Below, in pieces: positions 24,233 to 38,411 of a stretch of 64,000 bases of DNA (within the stretch, counting starts at the first letter, position 1; every line of letters starts with the position of its first letter). Both the position numbers and the translations under genes were made by a program. Below the pieces are notes generated by a model, which had not been told where the DNA came from, did no database searches, and saw only the letters and a list, made by a program, of their open reading frames with translations. This stretch comes from Octopus sinensis (lineage: Eukaryota), in the NCBI RefSeq assembly GCF_006345805.1, contig NC_043000.1, positions 107,446,001-107,510,000 of the forward strand, given 5' to 3'.

Positions 24233-25660
24233 TTTATACCCTGCAACTTGTTCATCTATGATGAACAAGTTGTCTGGATGGCCAACCCTGGAACAACCGA
24301 TGTAGAACTGTCCATGTGAAAAGCACGATGTTCGAAGGTCCAATCCGACATCTTTCAGTGAACTGAAGTCTCTGCATTGGATAGGGACAGTCTGTTGGAG
24401 TTAGCGGAATTTTCAGAATGAAAACGGTATCGCTTTTGCCGTGTCCCGTGATTATTTGGGCTTCAATGACGTGGTTCATCATTTGTTTGACCACAAGGCG
24501 AATTCTGATGCAAAACGTGGATGCGTTTAGATTGTGTAGGAGGATGACATGGCAACCTACTTTTAAGTGAAGTTCAAGTGGAGGGAGTCCTGGAGGATCT
24601 TGGGAGTTGAGAAATTCAGTTGGAAAGTGTGTAACCTAATCGAGGTTGGTAACGGTGTCAACTGATCGCCACTTTCTATACACTGTGACTTTATATTGTA
24701 ATGTCCGCATGGCTTTTAATGATGTCGTAGAGAAGTGGATCGTTCGTAGGGTCTGGAAATTCTGCGTTAATAGCGGCATCTACGTCAGTTGATCGCAGTT
24801 TACTGACCAGCCAAAGTAAGATATGGGGGGTGCGGCAGATCCCTTTTTGCCACTCTATAGTATTTATGAAACATTGAGTAGTTCATTTGGAAGGCAGAAT
24901 TGTATGCCCGAATGTTTCTGATGAAGTGCGGTGAATCGTGATAGTCACCAAGTAGTAGAGACTTCAGAGGTTCAGGAGTTGTCTATATTTCGGAAGGCAA
25001 ACCTTTCTGTTTGAGCAGCATAAACGTTTCGGTTCTCCTGGCCACTTGTATGCTGCACAGAATGGACAAATAATGGACGTATGTTCGATGGTAACATCAC
25101 GGTGGCTTTGATGTGTCACTATGCAGAGCCTTCAAGTTTGCATTGGTTTGAAGCCGCATTGTAATGTGTTCATCCGTTTCTGACGCCCTTGCAGTGGACA
25201 TTGAAGCAGCACTCAAAGCCTGATGATTTGTGCGCTGTGCTGGTGACTCTGCAGCCCTTGTAGCAGCATCAGCATCAGCATCAGCATTAGGCTTTCTTCG
25301 GTTGGTGCTCTGTGCTAGTGACTCAGCAGTAGCTTCAGCATTACCCTTCCTTCGGATGGTGCGTTGTGCCAGTGATGTTGCAGTCCGTGCAGCTGTAGCA
25401 GTTTTAGTATTACGTGCGCTCCGGGCTGTGTGTTGTGGACTCTGTGAAGCCCTTGCAGCAGCGGTTGTTTCGGCATTACGCTTCCTTCGGGCTGTGCGCT
25501 GTTGTGGAGACTCTGCAGCCCTTGCAGCTGAAGTATTTTTGGCAAGACGTGCCAGCCAGATGGTCCGTTGTTGAGGTGACTCTCTAGAGCTAACGGCAGC
25601 AACAGATGTAGCATGACGGGCTCGGTGGGTCACAGCCTCATCTACCGACTTTCAAGACTT
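24230..25660 (-). mobile_element. Internally deleted Helitron Rep-Helicase remnant
   Basis: N-terminal RAAESPQQRT-type repeats (25097-25633), Rep-region DSPHFIRNIRAYNSAFQM, then a jump to the helicase C-terminus: FPTEFLNSQDPPGLPPLELHLKVG, VIEAQIITGHGKSDTVFI.KIPL and GLDLRTSCFSHGQFYIGCSRVG. Confidence 0.9.
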
Positions 25661-26135
25661 AACGGCTGCTGTAGTTGCTGGTATGAATACCTGAATGATG
25701 TTTGCCGTAGTACTGTTTGATGAGTGGGTTCAGAATATTGCCACAATGACCTTGGCTACCTGAAGATGGTTACGTGAAGGAAGTGCTAACGTGCAAATAT
25801 TGGAGGTTTGCAGTAATGGACATTGTAAAAACTATATAACTGTCACAACTAGGTATGCGTAAAAGAAAAGAATATAATATGGATTTCATTTTAAGAAGAA
25901 GTATGTTCACGAAACGCGAAACGATCGTAAGAACTTTTAAACATTTAAAAACCTTTTAATAATCACAGGTGTACTTTATTTGTTTATTAATACAATATTG
26001 CTAATAGTATACACTTATCTTTATTATGATTCTTAAGATATAACTATTCCACTATTATATATATATATATATACATAAATCAGCCTAAATTGCGAAGATA
26101 ATATATATATTATATATATATATTATATATATATA

Positions 26136-26168
<33 letters not shown>

Positions 26169-26366
26169 AATCAGCCGAAATTGCGAGATAATCTGGTACT
26201 TGACTGAGGAAAGAAATCTTCGAATGACCCGTCCTTGTTTTCTTTGTATCGTCTATCTGGATGTTTTGTTGTATCATTTTTGTATCACCCAACTGTCTGG
26301 ATGCTTTGCGTTCTTATCCCATTTTGTATTTTATATATGAATATTTATATTTATATTTATATAATT

Positions 26367-26475
26367 CTTATACAAGAATGTCTTAGTTTCGGCCAGCTAA
26401 GCAATCGTCAACAGTCCGATGATGGCTTAATTGTCCGAGACTTTGACGTCCCTGACAACAATATTCTTGTATAAG
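26367..26475. repeat. Inverted repeat made of two divergent degenerate hammerhead-like motifs
   Basis: Perfect 13-bp terminal IR cttatacaagaat/attcttgtataag. The arms read ttgacga-ttgc..ggcc-gaaac (minus) and ccgatga-tggc..gtcc-gagac (plus). Confidence 0.55.
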
Positions 26476-27269
26476 GATATTAAATTTTTACTCTACAAAA
26501 GTATAGAGTAACCCATCATGTATGTTTATTCATGTATGTGTATATAATATGTGTGCGTGCGTGTGTTTGTGCGTGTATCTGTATGCACACATATGCACCT
26601 GTATATATATACATATCTGAATGCGTATATGCACACATATAACAGGGCGCAATGCATATTGACACTTACTCATAGAATTTTTTGTTGCCAATGTGTATGT
26701 ATCAGAACAACTAACGTAATATAATACTTCCATCGTATTGTATGTATAGATGTATTTTGTTTGTTTGGTAATTTATTTTATTATATTTATTGGATTTTAA
26801 ACCAATTCTAATTTATTTTGTGGAATGCATCGTCATTAAAGCATCTATATTGCTATGGTTTCCTGAGCATTCGTTGGTCCGCAAACTTTACCTGAAAATT
26901 CATTAAAATGATGGACGTTGCTAGATATTGCAGTCTATTGATCAGGACAACGACATAGGTCGACAAAACAATAGATTGATGTTGATGATAATGATGATGA
27001 TGATGGTTGTGGTTATGGTAGTGTTGGTGACGGTTGTGGTGATGATAGAAATTATTCAGCGAGCTGGCAGGATGGTTAGCACACCGGGCAAAAGTCTTAG
27101 CGGCATTTCGCCCGTCTTTACGTACTGAGTTCTAATTCCACTGAGGTAGACTTTACCATTCACTCCAGTTGAACAGTGGAGCCGATGAAATCGACTGGTC
27201 CCCGCTCCCAAATTTCAGGCCTTGTGCCTATAGTAGAAAGGATTATTACCATTATTATTGAGTGAGAGA

Positions 27270-27859
27270 GCCATCCACGTGACACTGGGGAAAAATATAC
27301 GAAACCCAGTATACCCATTATGACCACGCGTCCGATAAGGGTGCACCAGGCACACACCATAACAATCATATGTGCGCGACATGGTCTTCTCATATCAAGA
27401 TAAACAGAGCATGACCTTGTAGGGGGGCCCAGTAAGAATTTTCTTCAGGTTCCGTAGTTCATCCCGCTCAAAATGTCTCTGGATAAAGGTTGTTTAAGGA
27501 TGTTTAACAAAACACCCATGTTTCTGGAAGTGAATTATTCAAACCCCAAAGAATTTTTCTCAACTTATGGCTATGATGCCCCACCCCGTCTATTTCTGCT
27601 CGTGATCAGAGATGCACATATAGCCAGCCTCAAATGGTTATGGTCAAACAACTGACAAGTATGTTTGTGGTCTTTAGCAGAATATTTGTCGTAGCCCATC
27701 TTTTATACCAAGACAAAGCAATGTGCAGCAAGATAACACTTCCAATCAGTTAAGATCAGAAGCTATGAAAGCCAGTTCCTGGTACTGCTGCAGGGCATAT
27801 ATTATTATTATTATTATTATTATTATATTATTATTATTATTATTATTATTATTATCATT

Positions 27860-27900
<41 letters not shown>

Positions 27901-28010
27901 TATTATTATTATTATTATTATTATCATTATCATCATCATCATCATATTATATTATATTATTATTATTATTATTATTATTATTCTTATTATTATTATTATT
28001 ATTATTCTGT
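27270..28010 (+). mobile_element. Family-C repeat, longer copy, with (TAT/CAT)n tail
   Basis: Homologous to the 20070 and 22490 copies and extends further 5'. Confidence 0.75.
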
Positions 28011-28356
28011 TTGACTTTTGCTTTATATTTGTACAAGTTGGCTCCAAGTCTCACCCAGAGACCTCAAAAGACAACAGGTTGGAAGTTCATGTTATTGTTA
28101 TGCCTAGTGTGCCATATATTTTTTTGGGGGGGTGGGGGTTGTACTAATGAATGTCTAAAAAAAGAAAAAAAACATTTTTTTTTTAAACCGTTTTTTTTTT
28201 TTTTAAACCGAAAATTATGTTTGTTTTAAACCTTGAGATTACATAGAAAGTATTTTGCATAGGATATGAGCAGTTCTCATGAGCACTATCTTTTGAATTT
28301 CTGCCATTTTTGGGTTTCCTGGTATCTGAGTTAGGTTGTTATTATTATTATTATTA

Positions 28357-28397
<41 letters not shown>

Positions 28398-29571
28398 CAT
28401 TATTATTATATCTATCTATCTATCTACCTATCTATCTATCTATACACACACATATATTTATATATATATGTGTGTATACATACATATGCATATAGGCAGT
28501 TATACATACACACACATATAATATACATGTGTATGTAGGTTTGTATGTATTATTTAGAAATGTAAGTGAAACTTCAGTCTCTGCTTTTTCTGTATTACAC
28601 ACCGGCTCACACTAGTTTTAGCGATTGTTTTCCAATCCTGTTTTCTTTATATTTCTCACCGCCACACACTCTTTTTATCTCTTATACTTCCTCTCTTATC
28701 GATTCTCTTCGACACTCTCTAACGTTCCTTTCCGTTCTACGAAGCGTGACAACGTTTACCCCTTGTTCTGTTTACATTATTTGAACATCAGAAATTGACA
28801 AAAGTTTGCGGAAGAATAGACAATTATTTCCTCTCTATTATTATCTACGTTGATTTAAACAATAAGCTTTTCGGATGATTAATTTCGTTTCGTATGTGGA
28901 AAATATTTTTTTGCTTCACCTGTGGATGTAAATTAAAAATAAATTTATGAATTTATATATGGTACAATAGACAACGTCTACTTAAAATATTTTCTATAAC
29001 AAATGCAAAATACCTTGATGGTTTCAAAAATGGATTTGAGCAACTAAAGTAAACTAACATAGCCACGGAAAGAATGACCTGCTGATAGCATATTGCTCTG
29101 AAATTTGAAAAGGGAATCTTTCCCGAAATATTACATGATCCTTAAACAACTTATGTAAGGTAATACAATATTTTACCATTTCGTTATTGTTTATTGGCAT
29201 CACCTTACATAGTTTGCCGAACTTCGAAATTGCATTGCTTAAAGGATTTTTCCAAAAATTTTTATAGTTTCAAAAAGGAAATTCTTAAAATGAAAATTAT
29301 ACAGACTTTTCAAAAGTTAATCAAAATTATTTACTTATTCCAAAGGGTAGCCGGTACTGCGAAACAAACCGCGCGATGGAAACTGATGCATAAAGCATTC
29401 CTTTATATCAGTCGGGTGTATGAAAGATATGCAAATACACAATTATACATGATATTTTAGTTTTATTAAAAAGATATTTCAAGATTCAATGATTATTATA
29501 ATAGTTTACATCTTATGATATATATATATATTTGTGTGTGTGTGTGTGTGAGTGTGTGTGTGTGTGTGTGT

Positions 29572-29870
29572 GTCGCAATGTCCTAGTGGTTAGGGCACCG
29601 GACTCGCGGTGGGAGGATCGCGGTTTCGATTCCCAGAGCGGGCGTTGTGTATGTTTGTTGAGCGAAAACACCTAAAAGCTTCACGAGGCTCCGGCAGGGG
29701 GGGTGGTGGCAACCCCTGTTATATTCTTTCAATACAATTTTCTCTCACTCTCTCTTCCTGTTTTTTGAGTAACGCTGCGATGGACTGGCGTCCTGTCCAG
29801 CTGGGGAGAACACATACGCCACAGAAACCGGGAAACCGGGCCCATGAGCCTGGTTAGGCTTGAGAAAGGC
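29572..29870 (+). mobile_element. Family-D SINE with V-domain-like core
   Basis: tRNA-like head; gctgcgatggactggcgtcctgtccag near 29773-29800; 3' ggaaaccgggaaaccggg shared with the 21968 copy. Confidence 0.8.
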
Positions 29871-29882
29871 GACGTTTATCGT

Positions 29883-29917
<35 letters not shown>

Positions 29918-29995
29918 TATATATATTATATATATATATATATTATATATATATATATATATACATATATATTTCTTGTTCTCTTTATTATACAT

Positions 29996-30415
29996 TTTTA
30001 CTTGTTTCATTCATTAGGACGCGGCCATCCTGGAGTACCGCTTTGAATTTTTAGTCGTATGAATCCGCCCCAGTACTTATTTTATTTTTAAAGCTTGGTT
30101 GTTACTCTATCAGTCTCTTTTGTGGAACCGTTAAGTTACGGGGACGCCAACACAGCAACACCGGTTGTCAAGCGGTGGTGGGGCGACAAACATAGACAAA
30201 AAGATACATAAACACACATACACACACACACAGACATATGTATATATACATATATGTATATGTGACGGGATTCTTTCAGTTTCTGTTTACCAAATCCACT
30301 CACAAAACTTTGGTTGGACCGAGCGTATAGTAGAAGAAACTTGCCCAAGGCACCACTGAACCCGGAACCATGTGGTTGGGAAGCTAGCTCCTTACCACAT
30401 GGCCACGCCTGCGCC

Positions 30416-30417
<2 letters not shown>
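29996..30417 (-). mobile_element. Family-A SINE variant
   Basis: Colinear with family A. Confidence 0.85.
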
Positions 30418-30467
<50 letters not shown>

Positions 30468-30558
30468 CACACATATATATATATACACATATATATATGT
30501 ACATACATGCATACATATATATATGTACACACGCACCACACACACACACACACACACA

Positions 30559-30620
<62 letters not shown>

Positions 30621-31159
30621 TGTTGCACTCACAATCGGGGGATCGTGGTTTCAATTCGCGAATCGAGCGGTGCGTTGTGTTCTTCAAAAATACATTTCAT
30701 CTCACGTTGCTCTGACCTCACTTCGATATCTGACGAAGAGCAAACCGAGTTCCTTTACAGACAATGGCGATTCAATGTGAGTAGTGTGAACTAAAGTACA
30801 GCACAACACATTTGATCACTATCAACAAATAATCCGTGCATGTTGTTCAGCAAGAAATAACGAAACTTTCACCCGTCTTCTACGACACGATATACGTACA
30901 TACATACATGCATGCATACATATATACACACATACAGACATACGTACACACATACATACACACACATATGCATATACATATATACATACACATACACGCA
31001 CACACACAGACACCCACACACACGCACGACAAACTTCTAAGCGCTGCGTGTGTTGGTATTCTACATAAATAAAGGCATTCGGGAATGCAGGAAGACTGTG
31101 AAGACAGCTTAGAAAACCAGGAAAATGGCCAGAAAGCAAGAAGGAAAATGTGGAGGGTT

Positions 31160-31850
31160 GCTATATATATATAAGTGAAATTCTGTCTGTCGGGGACCCT
31201 TTATCTCAGGCTACATTTGCTCTACATGGGCATATTATACCTTTTTGGAATCAGGATTATCCCGTGATTGAAAATCTGACCTTCATTTGGTTCTTGAACA
31301 TCCAGCATTGCGATTTGATGTAAGAGCATTTGGGCTGCTATGTCGAGCAGGTAAGGTGACTGTGAGAGGTTTCATACGGTTTACAAGTGTTACCTTCCTT
31401 AGCTATAATAATAAACGCGACATACTGTGTTAGAAAACTGACCAAAACTTTTTGAATTTAACACCAAAACTTCGTGACATTTACCTCCGTTATCTACGTT
31501 AATACAATTAAAGACAGTCATTCAGAATTGTTGGACTTTACCTCATGCAGCAGTGCTTTTTCCATGGTCAGCTCTATGCTTGTTGTTCCAGAGTTGGAAA
31601 TGGCAACAAACTCTTCGTACTAAGACCAAATGGTAAAAACCAAGATCGTTGTTCATCCTGCTGTTATACAGTGATCTCCAAATGTCACAGTGATACAAAA
31701 TTCTCCAAATTCTATGATATAAATCTGAGATGGTAGGATACCAATAAATGGCTGATCTTTATTGCTCTTGAAAGTTTTGCATCGAAGGCCCAATTAGTCC
31801 TCCGCAGGAGGTAACTCAAAAATCCGCACGGAGTGCTACTCTTAAGCTAG
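31160..31850 (+). mobile_element. Non-autonomous Helitron carrying a helicase C-terminal remnant
   Basis: 5' (g)ctatatatatataagtgaaattctgtctg; internal CFFHGQLYACCSRVGNGNKLF; 3' decayed hairpin ccgcacggagtgc followed by CTAG|t at 31847-31850. Confidence 0.75.
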
Positions 31851-32487
31851 TATCGTGTATATCCATGCCTATTGCGAAATGTTCTTAGCTTTAAATTATG
31901 TCTTTCTACTTTGATTGAAGATTCCATTTTGCGAATGGAACGGAAATTCTAAACTATATTGTAAATTAATTCTATACTAAATATAAACACAACTTTTATA
32001 CTAAATATAAACACAACAAAAACAAAAAAGAAAAACGTCATAAGAGAACATCAGCTTGGGGGACACGGTTGACTGTTCTTGTCTTTTTTTTTCTTTCACG
32101 TTTAATTTAATGATTGGAAATATTGCAGCTAATTTTAGTGACTAGTTTCATTATTTAAATTATATTTTTACCTAATTTTTTTATTTACATTATCGCTGCT
32201 GTGTTTAATGACACGTGCTAAAAACTTTTATTGAAGTCAAAAGTAATTAACAAAATGAAATTCCTTCATGTCATTTCCATCTCCATTAAAGTACACTGAC
32301 CAAAATATTTTACCAATATGAAATATATGTCGCCTTTCAATCGACTCCGCAAAAGCACAGTTCTTCGTTCCCTGCGGTTTAGATGAATTTTTGTGGTGAG
32401 AGAATGAATATATTTGATGCATTAAACAATATTTTATATACGATCTACTACAATATTTCTGAAAAGAATTCTTTTGCAATTGTTCGC

Positions 32488-32822
32488 TGTATGGCAGTGT
32501 TGGCAGGAAACTGATTTGCAGTCATGTGGTTTTGGATTTAGTTCCAACATGCGGCACTTTGAACAAGTGTCTTCTACAAGAGCTCCGAGCTGACCAACGC
32601 TTTGTAAGTAAAGTTGATAGACGGAAACTATATAGAAGCCTTTTGTATGTGTACATACACACACACAAGTGTATATGTACATATATATATGTATATGTCC
32701 AGTTGACAACCAGGGTTGGTTTGTTTATCATAGACTAAATGCCAGACTGCGGTGAATTTATTCATCTAAACCTGTCAAGGGAGTAGGCTGCATGGCTGCA
32801 GTCTCATGACTGAAACAATTAT
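32488..32822 (+). mobile_element. Degenerate family-A SINE
   Basis: Diverged but colinear; ends gcatggctgcagtctcatgactgaaacaa. Confidence 0.65.
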
Positions 32823-32923
32823 TGATATGAAGGAAAAGAGATATCGAGACAATAACTTCTTGTTTTACAATATATTTCCTATATCCAATCATCGATAGAA
32901 ACAATATGTGGGTGTGCCAAAAG

Positions 32924-33290
32924 TCAACAATTCTTGGGCCAAGGTTGAAACGTTATAGGCGGTGATTTCTCTGTAAGAGCACAATCTCTGCCGGATTTTA
33001 CCAACTTCTCAATATCTAGATCTATTTTTGGCCAGTAAAAATAACTCCTCATAAGCAACTTCATTCTAGAAATTCCTCGATGTCCAGTGTGGAAACCCTT
33101 TAACATTCGACCTTGTAGTGAGGTAGGCATTACGACTTTCTGTGCATACATAAGCACATTATCACATATCGAATGTGTTACGTCCAACTACAGGTATTTT
33201 TCTCTGTTTCTTCTGCTGATCTCACTATTTCTTCTGATCTCTCGTCTCAACCAATGCACTACTCTTTATAAGAGTTCGGCTTGTCCATTC
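32924..33290 (-). mobile_element. Gypsy pol fragment (integrase N-terminal zinc-binding region)
   Basis: SICDNVLMYAQKVVMPTSLQGRMLKGFHTGHRGISRMKLLMRSYFYWPKIDLDIEKLVKS..CAL, a decayed H2C2 integrase domain of the K02A2.6-like type. Confidence 0.85.
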
Positions 33291-33817
33291 TTCCAATCCC
33301 CAGGGGTGTCAATGACTCTCGTCACAACATACACATAAGCGTTTGTACTCGCACACACACACACACACACACACGATAGCCTCCCACAATATACAGCCGT
33401 CCATATGCAGACACACATACACACACAAATACACGAAACGCACATCACTCCACACAAACATCATTAGATTACTTGTACACATACATACACACACTCCCAT
33501 ACATACTCACACACACCATTCTCCCATACACACACGCGCTTGCTCATCCTAGATCGGCCGGGTTACCGTTATTATCTCCCTATCACCCAGCCTCTTCCTT
33601 TTCGCCATTTCATCATGTTTAACCGTTATTTCCTACACATTCTCTGTCCATTTTATTTTTCGTTCTCTCTTCATTTATTCCTCTCAAATCATTTCTTTCG
33701 AAGAGAGCAGGCTCGAAACATTAAAGACTTTTCCATTCTTCCCGAGCGTTAAACTATTACACCTGCTTTTTGTTCCCTCATCTGTCTTCCTCTTTTATTT
33801 TCTGTTAATTTTAACTG

Positions 33818-33855
<38 letters not shown>

Positions 33856-33862
33856 ATATATA

Positions 33863-33911
<49 letters not shown>

Positions 33912-35280
33912 CATATATATATATATGTGTGTGTGTGTGTGTATGTATATGTATATATATATGTATATATATATATGTGTGTATATATATGTACATGTAT
34001 GTATATATAATATATATATATACATACATATATGAACATGTCTATACACATACATCCACATGTACACACACATTTGTTCTATATAAGTGTCGACTGTTCA
34101 TCGTTGTCTATTACAGTAATTATGCATTCATGTCGTTATTTTTGTGTACTTTATAATTTGTGTCAAACAAAATACAGATATCTGAATGTGGGTGAGTACA
34201 TGCGTGTGTGTGTGTATGTGTGTGTTTGTTTGCCAATCTGGCTACAAATTTCGCCGATGACGGAGCACGAGATTGTTATTATCCTTGATAATTATAAACT
34301 AGCTTTTACATTCGTTTCCAGTTAAGTAACTTACTTGTAATGTCACTAAGTTTTCATATCTAATTTTTTTTACTACATGTGAATATTTTTTAAAGGTATT
34401 TCGAAATTAAACATGTTAGTAGAGCATCATCTGTAACTGGTTGCACAATCTCTCTATAACAAATATTGTTATTTTTTCCGAGATATTTTGATTCATGTTT
34501 CAAGAATATCTCTTTATTTGTGTATAGCACTTGCAATAACTTTCGGTTTTATATTTCAGTTGTGATGGGAATACTTTACTTGTCTTACGATTAAAATCTT
34601 TATTGATTAATAATTTCCTCGTGATAAAATTTGCAGACATTCAAATTTATGCCTATTTATTAATATCAGTTGGAGTGGTCGCTGTGTCGCATGTGTTTAA
34701 GTTTCCTACATGTTATTCCGTACAAAATGAAATTCTGCGCCTAAGTTTATCGGTCTAGAAGAGAATGTGCACTTCTGCCTCTCTTACTACAGACTTCACA
34801 GAAGACGAAACTGAGAATTGGTTATACGTTACGGTTCATCAGATATCTAAGAATGCTTTTTACATATTTCTGGAATCTTTGTTTGTGTGAGGAGAATTGT
34901 AAAACGAAGGAAATAGGACTATATATACAGGCAATTATTTTAATAAATATGTACATCCATTCCACATCATGAATAAATAATTACATTACCTTAATTTGTG
35001 ATTTTCTCAGTGTTTTAGACGAGATCGTATAAATATATATTGACTGCATTGTGTCAGTTGTTTTCTAGCAGCACGGGGGTGAGAGTAAAGGATGATGATT
35101 AACTATAGGGCTAATGCTTCTTTAGATTTCTTTTGTCAGGTGTAGGATGGCTAACAATCTGCTATCTTCATTAGAGAATAGATTGTGAAATATATTCCTT
35201 ATATGTATATGTACTTGTATACAAATATACATGCATGTATGTATTTACATACATATATACGTATATGCGTATATACATAA

Positions 35281-35341
<61 letters not shown>

Positions 35342-35460
35342 ATACATATATATATATATAGTCAATTCAAACAGGAACTAGAAGGAAAAAACAACAACGC
35401 GAGGACGTGGAATAAGTACAGTGTTATTGGACGCTCAAGAAAGGAAAGAAAAGAAAAAGG

Positions 35461-35495
35461 ATTTCACGTTTCGAGCGGAGCTCTTCATCAGAAGT
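35461..35495 (-). ncRNA. Minimal type-I hammerhead motif in a Penelope-type terminal repeat, probably inactive
   Basis: Minus strand reads CTGATGA-a-GAGC-tcc-GCTC-GAAAC-GT-g. The core and stem II are intact, but position 17 is G. The flanking repeat recurs inverted at about 3885-3960. Confidence 0.6.
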
Positions 35496-35800
35496 ATACA
35501 AAGAACTCCAAAGAAGGGAAGACGGAGAAAGAAAATCGCCAACGATACACACGCGGTCACACACACACACACACACACATTTACATATAACTATAAATTC
35601 ACATTTATACCATTAATACATACATAATACATATATATGTATATAAACATACACACACACACGCACACACACAAACACACACACACACACATACACACAC
35701 ACACACATATATATATATATTGTAGGTTAGAGACAGGTGTTCTCTATATAGAATACACCTCGAAATGGTCAAGAGATTTGAACTTGAGTCGGTAGATGAA

Positions 35801-36319
35801 TAAATGTAGGGAGAAGTTAGGCGAGTCGATTTACACAGAATATTAAATACATTTAATAGCAAAAAATGGACATGTGTATGGATATAAAATAATCCGACTT
35901 TCAGAATATAAATGATGTCAGGTGTTAAATGGGTAGAGATTTACGAGTCCAACGGCTGTTTCTGGGAGCTTGGTGGTCCGGAATAATTATAATCACTTGG
36001 ATCCTTTATCGGATAACATTGCCCCCGTCTTCAGCGTAGAATTTTACATTCGAAAGGGAGCCATGTGGTTGGAAGAATTTTACACTGAGGATGGAGGCGG
36101 TGTTATCTGTTAATGGATCCAAGTAACTATCATTATTCCGGAGCACCAGGCCCCCAGAAACAGTTGCTGGATTCGTAAAACTCTACCCATTCAACTTCTG
36201 ATGTAATTTATATTCTGTAAGACGCTTTATTTTATATCCATACACATGTACATTTTTTCTATTAAATGTAGATAATACTCTGTAAAAATCGACTTTCCCA
36301 GCATTTCTCATAACATTTA
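35801..36319. mobile_element. ~520-bp fold-back element (MITE-like), arms ~245 bp, spacer ~26 bp
   Basis: gatataaaataa at 35881 pairs with ttattttatatc ending at 36238. Complementarity runs inward to about 36046/36073 and outward to about 35801/36319. Confidence 0.8.
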
Positions 36320-37666
36320 CTTATATATATATATATATATACATACACATACATCAATGTATATATATATATGTGTGTGCATATATGCATATATATATAA
36401 ACAAATGTGTATATATACATACCCAAGCTCCTTACACGCACATACTTTATAGACATATATCTGTCCGTCTGTCTGTCTCTCTGTTCGTATGTGTGTTCAT
36501 GTGTGATTGTATATACACATACACACACACACACATATATATTACATGTGCATATATATGTTTATTGCTTACACAAAATGTATAAAAGATATGTAGGTTA
36601 TATATCATATATATTTACATATATATATGTATGCATATTTAATATATAATATTATATCTATATATAGTTCCGCATGCACAGACACACACGCTCATACATA
36701 CACACACATATATAAATATACAAACAAGCTTACATAAAGCACTCACAAATGCATACACGCAAGAACATACACGTAACACTCACCTACATAAACAAGTATG
36801 AATACACTACAGTCCTTCCCGTACACACCCATCATCCACCCACCTTACACTGACACAGACACAGACACACACTCACACACACACACATGTTTATAAAGGT
36901 AATTCAAAATATAGGTTACATATTTGTTTGCATACTGCAGTTTTATAAATCTATTGTTCCTTTCTTTCTTTTCTTGAGTCTATGAAGCAAACATTCATTT
37001 CATATCGGTATCTTTTGTGAATTTTAAATGAGAACCTTTTGAGGATGATCTATTTTCCTTTTTTAATATTATCTACCTCATATTTTCATACAATACTGAT
37101 GATTATAGGAAAAAGCGACACAAATGGACGACCTCTGTTGGATATCGGCATGACTTCCTCTCTGTGTCGTCCTTACAATAAAAATGGCGATTTAATGTCT
37201 AGGATTGTCCGCTGTTTGGATCAATTAATAATAGAAGTTACAAAATACAAATACTGTATGTGTGTGGTGGGTGACGTCTATTCTATACCGTTGTATGTGA
37301 TTGACGATCGATGCAACATTGTGACGACTATGGACTCAGAAATAGCTGTCACTTAGTTAAAAAAGCTTGCTTTGCAACTGCAGTTCTGGGATCGATCTAC
37401 TGCGACGGCATTATGCGTAAGTAACTGTCCGATCGAGGAATGCGTCAGATTTAACAATGACATATGATTGAAAAGTGAAGCGGAAACAGTATGGAACATC
37501 GTAGATCCTCCACTGATGTTTTCGACTACGAAATTATGTTTTGTTTCGAATAAGGATGTATGTGTGTGCCTATGTGCCTATATGTATCTCTGTGTGCGTC
37601 TATATATATGCATGTATATATGCATGTATGTATACATGAATACATGCATGTGTGTATGTATCTGTT

Positions 37667-38120
<454 letters not shown>

Positions 38121-38411
38121 AATTGTTTTGAACGACCAAGTAAATTAATTATTAAAGACATTCCTACCTATCCCACTCAACGCTTTCACACGCAGTGTAA
38201 ATACATTATTATCCAGTGTGTTATTCGATGTTTTTAAGACAGTGACGCGTGATTTCAGGGAGGTCTAGTTGCTTTTTTTCGCAGTTCGAAATGTGTTGAA
38301 ATATGTTGTTGTATGATCAGTGATAGAGTTTGGTGCTGTGTTTTGAGTGTAGATTCTACTATAAGCGATATCTAATGTAGATATATTGTTCAGTATGGCA
38401 TCTTCTCTCTT

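Noticed and set aside
25097-25633. 178-aa Ala/Arg-rich ORF as a novel host protein
   Set aside because: It is contiguous with Helitron Rep and helicase motifs and matches the repeat-rich N-terminus typical of Helitron proteins.
26050-26195. Irregular stutter (taa/tta interruptions) in (TA)n tracts here and elsewhere, and a ~25-bp duplication around this tract
   Set aside because: Most simply explained by sequencing or assembly error, or by slippage in dinucleotide runs; it cannot be interpreted biologically without reads.
32237-32479. 80-aa minus-strand ORF with a plausible acceptor
   Set aside because: The donor is weak, the composition is unlike a folded protein, and I recognise no homology.
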